From: Octopus vulgaris
Lineage: Eukaryota
Length of the DNA: 64,000 nt
Direction: 5' to 3'
NCBI GenBank assembly: GCA_951406725.2
Contig: OX597818.1
Coordinates: 80,476,001 to 80,540,000, forward strand
Position numbers and translations under genes: made by a program. The notes under the pieces were generated by a model. That model saw only the letters and a program-made list of their open reading frames with translations. It was not told where the DNA came from and ran no database searches. Shown piece by piece: positions 1 to 12,955 of the stretch (positions are counted from its first letter, which is position 1; the number at the start of each line of letters is the position of its first letter).

Positions 1-7
1 TAAACCT

Positions 8-237
8 ATTTCTTTACTACCCACAAGGGGCTAAACACAGAGCGGACAAACAAGGACAGACATAGGTATTAAGTCGACTACATCGATCCCAGTGCGTAAC
101 TGGTACTTAATTTATCGACCCCGAAAGGAAGAAAGGCAAAGTCGACCTCGGCGGAATTTGAACTCACAACGTAACGACAGACGAAATACGGTTACGCATT
201 TCGCCCGGCGTGCTAACGTTTCTGCCAGCTCGTCGCC
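8..237 (-). mobile_element. tRNA-derived SINE family A, long-tail variant
   Basis: Minus strand reads GGCGACGAGCTGGCAGAAACGTTAG (A-box-like)...GAGTTCAAATTCC (B box), then central GTCGACTTTGCCTTTCTTCCTTTCGGGGTCGATAAATTAAGTACCAG (MetaSINE-like domain, from memory); many copies in the window. Confidence 0.85.
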
Positions 238-724
238 AATAAACCGGATATCATTATAAAAGATCCGACAAAAAGGATGTGTTTATTAACTGACATGAGT
301 ATTCCCTGTGATCACAATATAGCAGCGAAAGAATTTGACAAGATCAGTAAATATAAAGACCTGCTAATGGAAATTGAAAAAATGTGGCATCTCAAGGCGA
401 CTACAGTACCAGTGATTGTAGGATCTCTAGGAATGATAAAAAAAAGGCACTGAAACCTATTTGAAAATGATTTCAGGCTTACCATCCCTACAGGAAGTGC
501 AACAAATCGTATTAACTGGAACGGCTCATGTACTGAGAAGAGCACTATCGCCGTGAAAATAACATCCATCCATGAATTTATTTATTTATTAATTTTTAAA
601 TATATATATTATCTGTGAATTTGCACGTGTAATCTGGGAATGCATACAATGCCCTTCTCTGCCCTAGGTGTATGGAAAACACTCGGCGAGAAACGGAAGA
701 AAATTTGAAGAAAGAAGGAAAAAC

Positions 725-725
<1 letters not shown>
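238..725 (+). mobile_element. 3' fragment of R4/Dong-like non-LTR retrotransposon (restriction-like endonuclease)
   Basis: Translates NKPDIIIKDPTKRMCLLTDMSIPCDHNIAAKEFDKISKYKDLLMEIEKMWHLKATTVPVIVGSLG (PD..D..K motif), frameshifted; 3' UTR ends AAACA directly before (TAA)n. Confidence 0.85.
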
Positions 726-778
<53 letters not shown>

Positions 779-791
779 GTAATAATAATAA

Positions 792-1000
792 TCCTTTCTT
801 TATTGGCCACAAGAGCCGAATACAAAATCATACAGGGATAATACAAAACAAGGGACAAGTGGGGTTTAAAACAGAAACGTGTAAGCAATAAAAAACAAAA
901 ACAGTTAACACAACGAGCCGCTGGAAATCGAACTCGCGATAGCGAGCCGAATACACTAAGCCACACGCCTTCATTACTCTGTATATTAATTGCCAATATA
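792..1000 (-). mobile_element. Tx1-like LINE 3' UTR fragment
   Basis: Minus-strand end CTCTTGTGGCCAATAAGAAAGG followed by (ATT)n resembles the end of the LINE at 10280 (CCCTTGTGGTTAATAAAGAAA). Confidence 0.5.
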
Positions 1001-1449
1001 AATGTCGGTTAATTGATTTCTCTGGTCATATTTTACACAGAGAAAGAGGAAGGAAAAGATAATAAAAGAGGAATACAAAAAGTTAACATAAGAGGTTGCC
1101 GGATATGTGTACATATTAGGCTTTGTGGAAGACAGTGAGAAAGAAAGTATCATGAAAATCGGAAGACAACGGAAAGGAGTGAATGTTAGAATAGTTATAG
1201 GAGGAGTTAGACAAACGAAAATTTTGTTTTATTTAATTTTAATGTAATAAGTATTATTATTATTATTTTTTTTTTTTGCTTCGAAAAATTAGTATTCATT
1301 TCATTATTCTGTATAAGTACAAAGAAATTTGACATCAGTTCAATCATAACTATTGTATGTATGCCATATGTTTCCTAGTATTACCCACAGTGGCATAAGT
1401 GCACTTCCTAAGTTACCAGTCATATGAAGGTTAACACCGGTAATGATAA

Positions 1450-2935
1450 TAATCCTCCTTACTATAGGCACAAGACCTGGAATTTGTAGGTAGGGGGATA
1501 GTCGATCACATCAACCCAGTACATGACTGGTAGCTACCGTATTTTGACGTGTATAAGGACATTTTTTTTGTCAAAAATTAGGTTTAAAAAATATGGGAGT
1601 TTCTTATACGTGGATAGTATCACAATCCCTTACAAAATCTTTTTTCTAAATTTTAAGCCCCAAAAGTCTTATGCAAGTTAAAATACGGTAATTTATCGAC
1701 TCCGCTGATAGGCATGATAGGCAAAGTCGCCCTCGGCAGAATCTGAACCCAGAACGTAAAGACAGACGAAATACCTATTTCTTTACTGCCCACAAGGGGA
1801 TAAACACAGAGAGGACAAACAAGGACAGACAAACGGATTAAGTCGATGACATCGACCCCAGTGCATAACTGGTACTTATTTAATCGACCCCGAAAGGATG
1901 AAAGGCAAAGTCGACCTCGGCGGAATTTGAACTCAGAACGTAGCGGCAGACGAAATACCGCTAAGCATTTCGTCCGGCAAGCTAATGTTTCTGCCAGCTC
2001 GCTGCCTTTTTCACCTTGGTAAGGGTTTAAAAAATATTGGTTTCTCATTTTGGCACAAGGTCAGCAATTTCCGGGTGGAGGGTTAGTCGATTAGATCGAC
2101 CCCAGTGTACAACTGCTACATATTTTATCGACTCCGATAGGATGAAAGGCAAAGTCAACCGCAGCGGAATTTGAACTCAGAAAGTAGAGATGGCCGAAAT
2201 GCCGCTAAGCATTCTACCCGGCATGCTAACGATTCTGACACCTCGCTACCTTTAAGTCGGTTTAATATTGGTTTCAAAGTTTGGCACAAGGTCAGCAAAC
2301 TGCGGTGGAGGATTAGTCGATTACATCAACCCCATTGCTCACCTGGTACTTATTTTATCGACTCCGAAAGGATGAAAGGCAAAGTCAACAACAGTGGAAT
2401 TTGAACTCAGAATGTGAAACGCGAAAAATGCCGCTTAGAATCTTGCCCGACATGCTAACGACTCTGCAGATTTAATATTTTTTCTACTCTAGGCACAAGG
2501 CCCGAAATTTTTGGGGAAGGGGCCTGTCGATTTTCTCGACCCCAGTACGCAACTGGTACTTAATTTATCGACCCCGAAAGTATAAGAGGCAAAGTCGACC
2601 TCGGCGGATCTGCCGATTTAATATTCTTTTCTACTCTAGGCACAAGACCCCAATTTGTTTTTGGGGTGGTGGTGGTGGTGGGGGGTATGCCGATTAGATT
2701 GACCCCAGTATGCAACTGGTACTTAATTTATCGACCCCAAAAGGACGAAAGACAAAGTCGACCTCGGCGGTCCAGCCGATTTAATATTCTTTTCTACTCA
2801 AGGCACATGACCCCCAATTTTTTTTGGGGCGGGGTGTTATGTCGATTAGATTGAGCCCAGTACACAACTGGTACTTAATTTATCAACCCCGAAAGGATGA
2901 AAGACAAAGTCGACCACGGCGGTCCTGCCGATTTA
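1450..2935 (-). mobile_element. Cluster of about 7 SINE family A copies, the last three head-truncated tandem units
   Basis: Core TTTATCGACCCCGAAAGGATGAAAGGCAAAGTCGACC recurs near 1692, 1880, 2125, 2355, 2565, 2728 and 2880. Confidence 0.85.
1537..1688. mobile_element. Tc1/pogo-type MITE nested in a SINE
   Basis: Inverted ends TA|CCGTATTTTGAC...GTTAAAATACGG|TA; the SINE sequence resumes on both sides. Confidence 0.75.
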
Positions 2936-3304
2936 GTATTAAACCTATAATGTGTTATGTTTTAAGAGTCGAATAAAATTAAATAGTAGACTGGATCCAA
3001 TCAAAAGACGGCTTTACCTTGTTTATGCCCTGCTCCAAGGAGAGGAGCTCTGCACAATCAGGTACTAATCAAGTACTGAAATCATGACACAGCACACTAT
3101 TTATTTCAATAGCCGCCATCCACCCTGCTGTTTCCCCGCTAAATTTGCAGACTTCTGCTTATGTTATAAATCATTATTTATTTAGTAAAGAATCAACGCC
3201 ATGCTAAACGATCGGAAAAAAGGACTTGGGTTCTCGGAAAAAGGAAATATTCTCATTTTAGAACTGACAGGAAATCAATGAAGATATTGAATTGCTTTGA
3301 TAAT

Positions 3305-3422
3305 GGTGGTGGTGGTGGTAGAGGCGGCGGTGGTGGTGGTGGTGGTGGTGGTGGTGGTGGTGGTGGTGGTGGTGGTGGTGGTGGCGGTGGTGGTGGTGGT
3401 GGTGGTGGTGGTGGTGATGGTG
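3305..3422. repeat. (GGT)n microsatellite
   Basis: Direct reading. Confidence 0.95.
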
Positions 3423-3615
3423 GAGGGGTTCTGGACGGGAGTAGGGGTGTGTTTTTTTTATTCCGTTTAGAGTTTAGTTATTTTTATTTTCCTACATGGG
3501 AAACATGAGAATCAAGTGAATTATTTTAACGTTAGAGACAAAGGAACATTATATGTGTGCGTGTGTATGTGTGTAGATAGATGCATAGATAGATAGATAG
3601 ATAGATACAGATATA

Positions 3616-3665
<50 letters not shown>

Positions 3666-4370
3666 TGCTTAGACAAACATACACACGCACACACATATAT
3701 ACATTATATGCATATACATACATATATATATGAAGAAATTTATATATGTACATATGTATATATGTATGTATGCATGCATGTATGTATGTATGTGTATATA
3801 TATATATATATACATACATATATATAAACACATACATTAAATATATATATATATATGTGTGTGTATATATATATACGCACACACGTATGTATTATATGTA
3901 TGCATATATATATGTGTGCATTGCGTATGTGAGTGGTGTGTGTGTGTATGTGTGCGTGCGTTTGATGTGTTTGTGAGTGGTATGGGTATGTGAGTGTATG
4001 TAGTATCTGATTTTAAAGCTCATATCGTACATTTTAGATTTCTGTGTCTTTATATTTGGGGAAGTAAATATATTCTGCTATTTTAAAATTATGTTGTCTT
4101 CTTCAATCAAATCATCTCAGAGAATACATTTTCTTAGAGTTTCTTAGAATCTTCATGCCTTGTTCGATCTGTTTGAACTAATACAAAAGAACATCGACTA
4201 AAACAGGGCTTAGTTGTTCTCAGAAATATTAACGTAATTATTCTTTAGAGTACATCAAGAATGAATATTTAAAGCCAGAATTTCACGAAGTAACCTATAA
4301 ATTACTTCCAGGGCATTATAGTTATACATGTGTGTGTATGTTTAAACATACTCACATGCGCACATTCACA

Positions 4371-4587
4371 CGAGAGGGTATTGAACGGTTCCTGGTCTTG
4401 GGTAAAAGAAAATACAGGAGGATCAGTTAATTATGATTTTATTCAACATATTCCCCTCTAAGATTCATATATTTACTGCAGCAGTCCTTCAGGTTTTTTA
4501 AGCCCTGTAAAAGAACTCGGAAGGTTGAGCCTCCAACCAGGCCTTTTGCGACACCTTTAAAGCCAGAAACTTTTCATCACCCCATCA
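4371..4587. mobile_element. Mariner-derived MITE
   Basis: Imperfect inverted ends CGAGAGGGTATTGAACGGTTCCTGG...GCCAGAAACTTTTCATCACCCCATCA. Confidence 0.55.
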
Positions 4588-4972
4588 TATACACCCACAC
4601 ATATATTCAAATCAGCAACGGCTCATGACTAGCATAACCTGTGATATTTTTAATGATTTAGGGAAACATTGATTCAAAACATTTAATTTGAATTCATTTT
4701 CATTAATTATCTGATTTAGTTACTCAAGTATAGAATTAATCATATTCATTATTAACGAAACAGCTGTAGAAAGTAATTATGTTATGAAATATCTGTAAAA
4801 TATTTGCTATTTTGTTTGCTACTGCATATATATGTGTGTGTGAGTTTTTGTATATACGTATATAAAATGTATGTATACGTGTATATATATAAAGTGTATA
4901 TATATATATATAAAGTGTATATATATATATATATATACATGCATATATATATATATATGTATGTATACAGAT

Positions 4973-5010
4973 ATATTATCATTATTATTATTATCATTAT
5001 TATTATAATT

Positions 5011-5045
<35 letters not shown>

Positions 5046-5054
5046 TATTATTGA

Positions 5055-5105
<51 letters not shown>

Positions 5106-5134
5106 CATTATTATTATTATCATTATTATTATTA

Positions 5135-5187
<53 letters not shown>
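4973..5187. repeat. (ATT/ATC)n microsatellite
   Basis: Direct reading. Confidence 0.95.
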
Positions 5188-5345
5188 TAAAACAGTTTGA
5201 TTCGTTTCTACGCAACTTTAAGATTCTGTAAGAAGCTTACGAGCCTTTAAGTTGCATGGGGTCGAATCAAACTGTTTTTTATAATAATATATATACTCCC
5301 ACTAAATGTGCCTCTTTACCTCGTTTGTCTACTCATTCACCCATG

Positions 5346-5441
<96 letters not shown>

Positions 5442-5668
5442 CTTATAACATATGCCATAGTCATGAGCAGGGCAAATTTTAGCCATTTCTTCGCAGACTG
5501 AAAGGAAAATGATGAACAACCTTAATCAATTTTTTAACCTAATTGGGTATTCATCAGTGGTGTCCACATCATTCTGACAGTCTCTAGAGAAACAAGCAGC
5601 CAAACTGCTTATATACTCAACAAATGCAGCTGTTACTCTATGAAGAGGTTCCTAATTTGCATATCGAT

Positions 5669-5890
5669 ATTGTACGATACAGACAAAAAAGTGATACTTT
5701 CGAACGCAGTATTGCCGTTAAAGCAGCAGAAAAATTAGATATTATTACCCTTGAAAAATGTTATCAAAAAACCATGGCTGTTTGTTGACAACTTTTTCCG
5801 CATTGTAAGGGTAATAATATCCAAATTTTTTGCTGTTTTAATGATGATACTTCGTTTGAAAATATCACCTTCTTATCTGTATCGTGCAAT
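5669..5890. mobile_element. Foldback MITE with about 90-bp imperfect inverted arms
   Basis: ATTGTACGATACAGA...ATTATTACCCTT mirrors AAGGGTAATAAT...TCTGTATCGTGCAAT. Confidence 0.65.
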
Positions 5891-6049
5891 ACACATTCGA
5901 CACTTCTAAAAAAAGGAAAAATGTAAGTTTGTTTATATACACACGTGGTTGTTACCTTGGGACCTTACTAGGAGGCTGGAGACTGAATTGCAGTTACTGG
6001 CATAGTAATGTGTAAGGTCCAGCATTCACTCCTCGGGCTGGTAAAAATG

Positions 6050-6400
6050 CCAAACATGCTATCTTCAGTTCGGTCTTTATGTCTGTCCTTATCTATAGTC
6101 TTCAATGGCGAGTAATGACTGAAAAAATGAGATCGCGAATATAAACAACCGAAATAGCGTTCCTCGGAACGATCTCTGAATTAACGTTACTGGGGAAAGG
6201 AGCGTAGTTCGGAAATGCGGATGTCTGCATAGGGAAGGCACTGCCCCGATATTAACACAGACGTGTGATTAGAATGTCACAGGGAAACATCGCAGAACGG
6301 ACTTTTCAAGCCGAGTCAACTGGCAGGAGACCTAGGGGTATACCGCGAGCATGATGGTTGGATATTACCCATAGTCTCAGTTGGTAACGCCTTGGAATCT
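6050..6400 (+). mobile_element. Degenerate RTE LINE 3' fragment
   Basis: Translates TEKMRSRI*TTEIAFLGTI and RTFQAESTGRRPRGIPRA*WL, the RTE C-terminal RPRGRP..RW motif. Confidence 0.65.
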
Positions 6401-6619
6401 AGCCAGGAAATTAACAGTTGTTTCTTGTAGGATAGTATGCAGGAGGAGATGTCTGAGAGTTCTATCCCCACGAACCTCTCAACAATAGTGGGTGGAGAAA
6501 ATAGATGGTTATATATATAGTTTTTTCTAATGAAGCTGAAACTGGGAGTTGAATCTCGCGACTAGAGTTTCATGCTACTGCGATCGTCAGGTGTCTATGG
6601 TCCAAGTTAATTCTGAAGA

Positions 6620-8335
6620 CAGTGTGTCTCAACACAGGATTAAAGTACTCTCTGGAGATAATGAACTACTGGATTTAAAATAATTCGAAAATCCTTAGTT
6701 AAAGAGTTTGTAGTGTAATTAATGAAGAAAATTTTACATAATTACATGAACATTGCCATCAGTAACACATTTTGTAATAAGTAATATACAATGGTTTATA
6801 AATTTCTCATTTAGATTTCCATAATTTCACTATTTTTAATAGCTAAAATGTCGAACAAAAGTAACAATGAAGAAACACTTGTGCAGTACAGTTTAATGAA
6901 CCTGTCACATTCATATGAAGATCGTCCACAAGGTCTGTTGCAAAAGATGAAAAATTTTCAACTCGGCTTCGAGTTTACCTTGGACCGCACTCTTTTAGAA
7001 GCACATCAAAAGCACCAAATTGAAAGTTGTTTCCCGAAGCAACACCCTACGAAAACTGGTCAATTTCAAACGGAGAAATATCGTACACTGGTTAAGATCT
7101 ACTGATCTAGCCTTGTGCGGAGTGCGCATGTTCTGTCTGGGGAGAGATCAATCTATACCAAGAAACTTTCCCCAGTATTGAACAACACCAGTTGCCTGAT
7201 CGCTGATTGCATGAAACTCACTGACACAAACAACCTACACTTTCTCATTGGTATTGATTTTGCTGATATTAGACGGGAAGTGTCCAGTCGAGTCGAGACG
7301 ATTAAGGTCATTAGTGATAAACGCTTCTTTCTTCCTCGAAGTTAACCCTGGGCCCAATGACTGACGTGAAGAAACTTCCTCTGCCATGTCCAGTGTCTAA
7401 CTATCTCGGGAAGAAACTAGGCTTAACAATATCTCAGAAAGAAACCATACCCTAACTCTCGATGGAAAAGCTTGAGAACGACCCCCACCTCTAACTTACA
7501 TGTAAGTTCCTCTTACTGAAGATCCTCCTGGCTCAGAAGCACTATCGATACTATGAGAGACACTCAACCACTTGAGAACGAGAATGGGATGAACTAAAGT
7601 TACTTTGATCAGCCCAACTATTTTTAAATGTGAGAAACAGATCTTGCTTTGGAATACTGCCTTGTCTGCCGTCTACTCCCCAATACTTGGGGCTCAAGAA
7701 ACTTGTAGAAGTAAATAAAAAGAATTTTTTTCAAAGAACTGTGTAAAGAAACGGAAACCTGTCATATAACCATTACGCTTCGGAGAATCGAAAGAAGAAA
7801 GTTTAAAACTAGGAAAATTAAAAAGAATTTTTTTTATATGAAATATCATCCTGCATCGTAAAAGAACGATCATATTTTCAACAGAAAACATATTTTCAAC
7901 CTGCAGTCTTGGCAACAGTTATTGGCTTCTGATGAAGCTTCATGTGAAGAGATGTATAAAATTGCAAATAAATAAAACAATTATATAAATAAACAGTCAG
8001 CATATGAAAAGATCGGATTTTACAATGGACGAATCAAAAGGAAATAAAATGTATGCAGAGAAGACGAAGCAAAGCAGTTAAATTCTATTTCACTTTGAAA
8101 TAACACAATTCGAAGAAGAATCGATTATCTTCCTGGACATATACTTGAATAATTAATTAAAGTCTTCAATGCACTTTGATGAGAATACAGATATTTCGTC
8201 TTGTTCATTATTAATTGGTTTTATCAGGTATGTTCAAGAAAGCAACGTAAAAAAGTTGTTATCGTGAATTGTCTACAAGGAGAGGAGATTCAAGAAAAGT
8301 AAAGACTAGATTAAAGTCACGTTTCACAAGTGGTT
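6620..8335 (+). mobile_element. Decayed hAT (Buster/ZBED5-like) transposon interrupted by other insertions
   Basis: Left end CAGTGTGTCTCAAC; fragments YEISSCIVKE..QPAVLATV, EDEAKQLNSISL*NNTIRRRID and SMHFDENTDISSCSLLIGFIRYV match Buster motifs (LSNDTI.RRI, LQLDESTD..LL.FVRY). Confidence 0.7.
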
Positions 8336-8419
8336 GTGGTTGATTGAGCTCCTAGTATGAAGATGGGGGTCAAAATAAAGAATTCCATGAATCGTCTTAG
8401 TTTTTCAATTATTATTATT

Positions 8420-10300
8420 ATAGTGGCTAAAGAACCTGACACGGCTGGGGTCCTCATTAATTTAGATCAGTCTAAAGCTTTCGATTGGGTCGACCATCTA
8501 TACCTGGCGGTGATCCTCAAGGTAGCTGGTTTCGGGCCTGTATTCAGGGGCTGGATCGCTGCAATGCACAGTGATCAAAGTGTTCAGTGGTCAAAGTGAA
8601 CAGACATCACTCAGAGCCGTTCAACATCATGCGCTCGGTCCGGCAAGGTTGTCTCCTCCCGTCTCATTTGTACGTACTGACTCTCGAGCCAACACTACAC
8701 AAACTGAAGGCGTTGAGAGGTATCCCGCGTGACCTAGGATGTGGGAGATGCGTGACGGCACATGCCAACGACGTCATTGTAGTGGTGTCGGATCATAAAC
8801 ACAGAAATGATCGGCACCACTCTCAAGGACTACGAAGCGGTTTCAAGAGCGACAATTAACCAGGAAATAATCAGTGGGCTTGCGGCTCGGCACCTGGAGA
8901 AGCAAGTCCATGCCGTCCAATTGCGTCATTGGGCGCTGGACGGATCGATTAAATTGCTCGGGGTCCGGTTCGGTCCGGACCTCCAGACCTTGGGACGAGG
9001 TAACGAGCAGGGTGACTACTCTCACCCAGAAATGGGCCGAGAGAAAGCTATCTTTGAAAGGTCGAGCCTTATCCTGGCCATCGTCTGATTACGCTGGAGA
9101 GTATACTCTTCCGCTTCTTTTGGAAGAGACGCGTCCCGATGGTCAGGCGGTCTATCTGTTGTCAGCATCCGTTGAGTGGTGGCCTGGGCATGCTGTGGTT
9201 GATGATGCGCAGACAATGGCTGAGGCATCTCCAGTGTTTCCTTGGCGGTCAACAGGTGTGGTCGCCGTTCGCCAGACACGTATTTCCGCAGATAGTTCCT
9301 TTAACGGAGCTATAGTCTTGGGTAAAACAGAGACCGAGGAGGAGCATTGGGAAAGTGGAATGTCTACAAGCACTCACAGCTCTCAGCTAATCGGAGAGTA
9401 CGGTAGGTGGAACGTTCATTTTAGCGCTTTATGGAGGATTAGCGGAGGAAAAGTGCGACGTCGTTCTTGGGGAGACATTGGGCGCCGAAGAAAATCAGCT
9501 AGTCACTCTTTACCGGAGAACTTTCGAGCCGGGAGCGATGGATAATTTCCAAAAATCTCAGGCCTAGAAGTGCTACCGGGGAGCTTTGCCTTTACAGGTA
9601 CGGAGGTGCCGTCAGCCGAGCATGTCCGATATGCACACAGGACAACGTGACGGTCCTGCATGCACTTGTCCAGTGCCCAAGCATTGCTAACCTCGAACAC
9701 TTGCTGTCGCGTGTGGGACGGATCCGGCTGTCGACTGAATCCACCGGGAAGATGGCCCTGCCGCCTTTCTTTAACCGAGAAGGAAAGGCTGTTTTTATAT
9801 GCCTGGTGGCCATAGTGAAAGAGGTTGTATGATGGACAAGATTGAAGGGGCTGAAGACAAACCTTTTTCTCTTTGGCCAATCCCTGATGAACTTCTTCAA
9901 GTTTCACTTGAAAAGGAAAATAAGGGTAGAGAGGGAAGTGTTGTCTTGTAGTCAGTCTGGTGAAAGGTGGATGAAAGTGGCGAGAATGGTACAAGTGAAC
10001 GGGCCTGCCCTGAACACACACCTGTAGTTGGGAAAATTAGGAAAAGAAAAAAGGCACCTACCCCAAAAGTCAGGGTACCCATGGTTTTTTCATGGGGATT
10101 TTCTATGAGCAGCCCTAAAACGTCTCCTCCCTATTGAGGATTACACATTGTTAATTTTTTTCTTTTTTAAAATTTTTTGTTAGTCTTGTTTACACGCAAA
10201 ACCCTCACGACACACACTCACACACCACATTACACACGCACATTCTTTATTTTGTTGTCCATAATGTTTTTCTTAATGTAAACCCTTGTGGTTAATAAAG
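8420..10300 (+). mobile_element. 5'-truncated, frameshifted Tx1/L1-clade LINE (RT, C-terminal region, 3' UTR)
   Basis: RT motifs LINLDQSKAFDWVDH, VRQGCLLPSHLYVL, AHANDV (from YADD); C-terminal HALVQC; ends CCCTTGTGGTTAATAAAGAA then (ATC)n. Confidence 0.85.
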
Positions 10301-10301
10301 A

Positions 10302-10518
10302 AATCATCATCATCATCATCGTCGTCGTCATCATCATCATCATCATCATCATCATCACCATCATCTTCATCATCATCATCATCATCATCATCATCGTCGT
10401 CGTCGTCATCATCATCATCATCATCATCACCATTATCTTCCTTATCATCATCATCATCATCGTCGTCGTCGTCGTCGTCGTCGTCGTCATCATCATCATC
10501 ATCACCACCACCACCACC

Positions 10519-10549
<31 letters not shown>

Positions 10550-10572
10550 ACATCATCATCATAATAATAATA

Positions 10573-10634
<62 letters not shown>

Positions 10635-10677
10635 CATTATTATTATTATTATTATTACAATTATTACTATTATTATT
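10302..10677. repeat. Compound (ATC/GTC/ACC/ATT)n microsatellite
   Basis: Direct reading. Confidence 0.95.
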
Positions 10678-11081
10678 TGCTGCGTTTCTGTACTTATATA
10701 ACTACAGTTTCTTCCTCGAAACTTGATCAATTTGTGAAGATTTATCACGGAAATCTGTTAACCCTTAACTTGACTATATTACGGCACTGTGAAAACTAAT
10801 TCTGCCGCATTCACTCATAGGGGTATGAATGGGATATGACTGCTGACTCAGTACCCGCTTCTCCACTGATAAAGATTGGTTTAAATATGCGTGGGAAATG
10901 TCTGGACTAATCTCTCACATCATCAAATATATTTTAGAGCCGCAATTATGTATACATGTATACACATTGGCAATCACGCGTGAGTACACTATCATAAATA
11001 TGTGAGTATACGTAAATATGTATGTGTGCGCGTGTATATGAGTGTGCGCGTGTATATGAGTGTGCGCGTGTGCGCGCGCAC

Positions 11082-11116
<35 letters not shown>

Positions 11117-11169
11117 CATACATACATACATACATACATACATACATGCATAATACATACATACATACA

Positions 11170-11203
<34 letters not shown>

Positions 11204-11321
11204 CATACATGCAGGATGCAGTGAATAAATTGTCGTCTAAATTACGCAAAAATGAAAATTACACTGACATGTTATTTTATATATAATATATATAATACAA
11301 AGTATATATACATATATATAC

Positions 11322-11373
<52 letters not shown>

Positions 11374-11438
11374 TAGCTGAAGGTGACCCGCTCTACGTGC
11401 GGGTAAGGGTGTGGTTGTTACTTTATGTTGCTTCCTTT

Positions 11439-11755
11439 CAGCACGTAAAAAGCACCATACGAACGTGGCCGATTGCAGCGCCGCCTTGACTGGCTTCTGT
11501 GCTGGTGGCACGTAAAAAGCACCAACCGATCGTGGCCGCTGCCAGCCCCCCTGGCACCTGTGCAGGTGGCACGAAAAAAGCACCCACTACGCTCACAGAG
11601 TGGTTGGCGTTAGGAAGGGCATCCACCTGTCGAAACACTGCCAGATCAGACTGGAGCCTAGTGCAGCCTCCTGGCTTCCCAGACCCCTGTCAAACTGTCC
11701 AACCCGTGCTAGCACGGAAAACGGGCGTTAAACGATGATGATGATGATGATGATT
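11439..11755 (+). mobile_element. RTE-tailed SINE/LINE 3' fragment
   Basis: GGTTGGCGTTAGGAAGGGCATCC motif and end GGGCGTTAAACGATGATGATG with (GAT)n tail; three internal GCACG(T/A)AAAAAGCACC repeats. Confidence 0.6.
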
Positions 11756-12443
11756 CTCCCTCTTTGTTTCTTTCTCCTTTCTCTCTCACTTTCCCCACTC
11801 TCTTACTCTTCCTTTCTCTCGGACTCTCCGTCGCTTTCTCTTACTCTCTATCTTTATGTATCTCTCTCCCATTTATAAACAACAAAAGATCTTGAGTAAG
11901 TTGAGAAATAAAATATTTAGAAAGATCAATCATAAATATCAGGCAGTTACAAAGGAAAGGTCTGCTTCAAGACAGACAGCAAAACACTAACATTAAAAAG
12001 GGACAGACGAACTTGCGAGCTGAATAAAAATAATAAAATATTGGAAACCAAAGTGTGAAGGGATAGAATTTGAGGATAGTAGAGTCACCATGGCTGGCAT
12101 TTCTTAACGACGGACAGCAACGTAGTGACAGTTCAACGGCTGGCGTAAAATTTTGAACTTGATGTAAAAGAAAATCCCTAAAAACCAAGTTTTGACTTGA
12201 TTCTTTCTCACGACAGTAGACTCACCATGGCAAGCATTCAAAACTTCTTCATCGTGGACGGCAACACATTGACGATTAAAAGGCTGGCGCAAATTTTTTA
12301 GCTTGATGTAACAGAGAATTGCTAAACACCCGCTCCTTTAAATTTTAATCCCCTTCCAGCCCCATTTATACCCCTTTTCACCTTTTGGTTAATATAACCC
12401 GATTTCATTTGGGTCTACTGGGGCCACATTTTATAAGATGAGG

Positions 12444-12641
12444 ACTCAACCAAGTTTCCCAAGTTCTGGTCATAGACCATAGAACACTCAACCAAGTTTC
12501 CCGATTTCTGGTCATAGACCATAGAACAGTCAAGCAAGTTTCCCGAGTTCTGGTCATAGACCATAGAACACTCAACCAAGTTTCCCGAGTTCTGGTCATA
12601 GACCATAGAACACTAAACCAAGTTTCCCGAGTTCTGGTCAT
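12444..12641. repeat. 42-bp minisatellite, about 4.7 copies
   Basis: Unit ACTCAACCAAGTTTCCCGAGTTCTGGTCATAGACCATAGAAC, contiguous with no spacers. Confidence 0.95.
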
Positions 12642-12758
12642 TTGCAGAATAAACAGAGACGGCGGAGGTGGCAGACGTCGTTGCAATGTAAACATGATTT
12701 GTTATAAGAGAAAGATTGTCCAGATTGTGTGTTGGTGTTGTACTGGGGCCACATATAG

Positions 12759-12810
<52 letters not shown>

Positions 12811-12907
12811 ACGCTGTAGAAATTAAATATTTCCACTAATAGGGAAATGAAACAGTAAAAAACCAAAAACAAAAACATAAAAATAAAAATATAATATTAG
12901 ATATATG

Positions 12908-12955
<48 letters not shown>

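Larger units (their letters stand above)
11373..12715 (-). mobile_element. Non-autonomous Helitron with internal repeats and a nested retroelement tail
   Basis: Minus strand ends with hairpin ACCCGC-N7-GCGGGT then CTAG; candidate 5' TC at 12715; flanked by A|T. The 5' boundary is less certain. Confidence 0.65.

Noticed and set aside
5669-5890. Foldback as another hammerhead element or pre-miRNA
   Set aside because: No CUGANGA/GAAA arrangement found in either arm; better explained as a MITE
7700-7920. Penelope GIY-YIG remnant
   Set aside because: Translation fits hAT/Buster transposase and is colinear with downstream hAT motifs
12444-12641. 42-bp repeats as a CRISPR array
   Set aside because: Units are contiguous with no unique spacers, no cas genes, eukaryotic context
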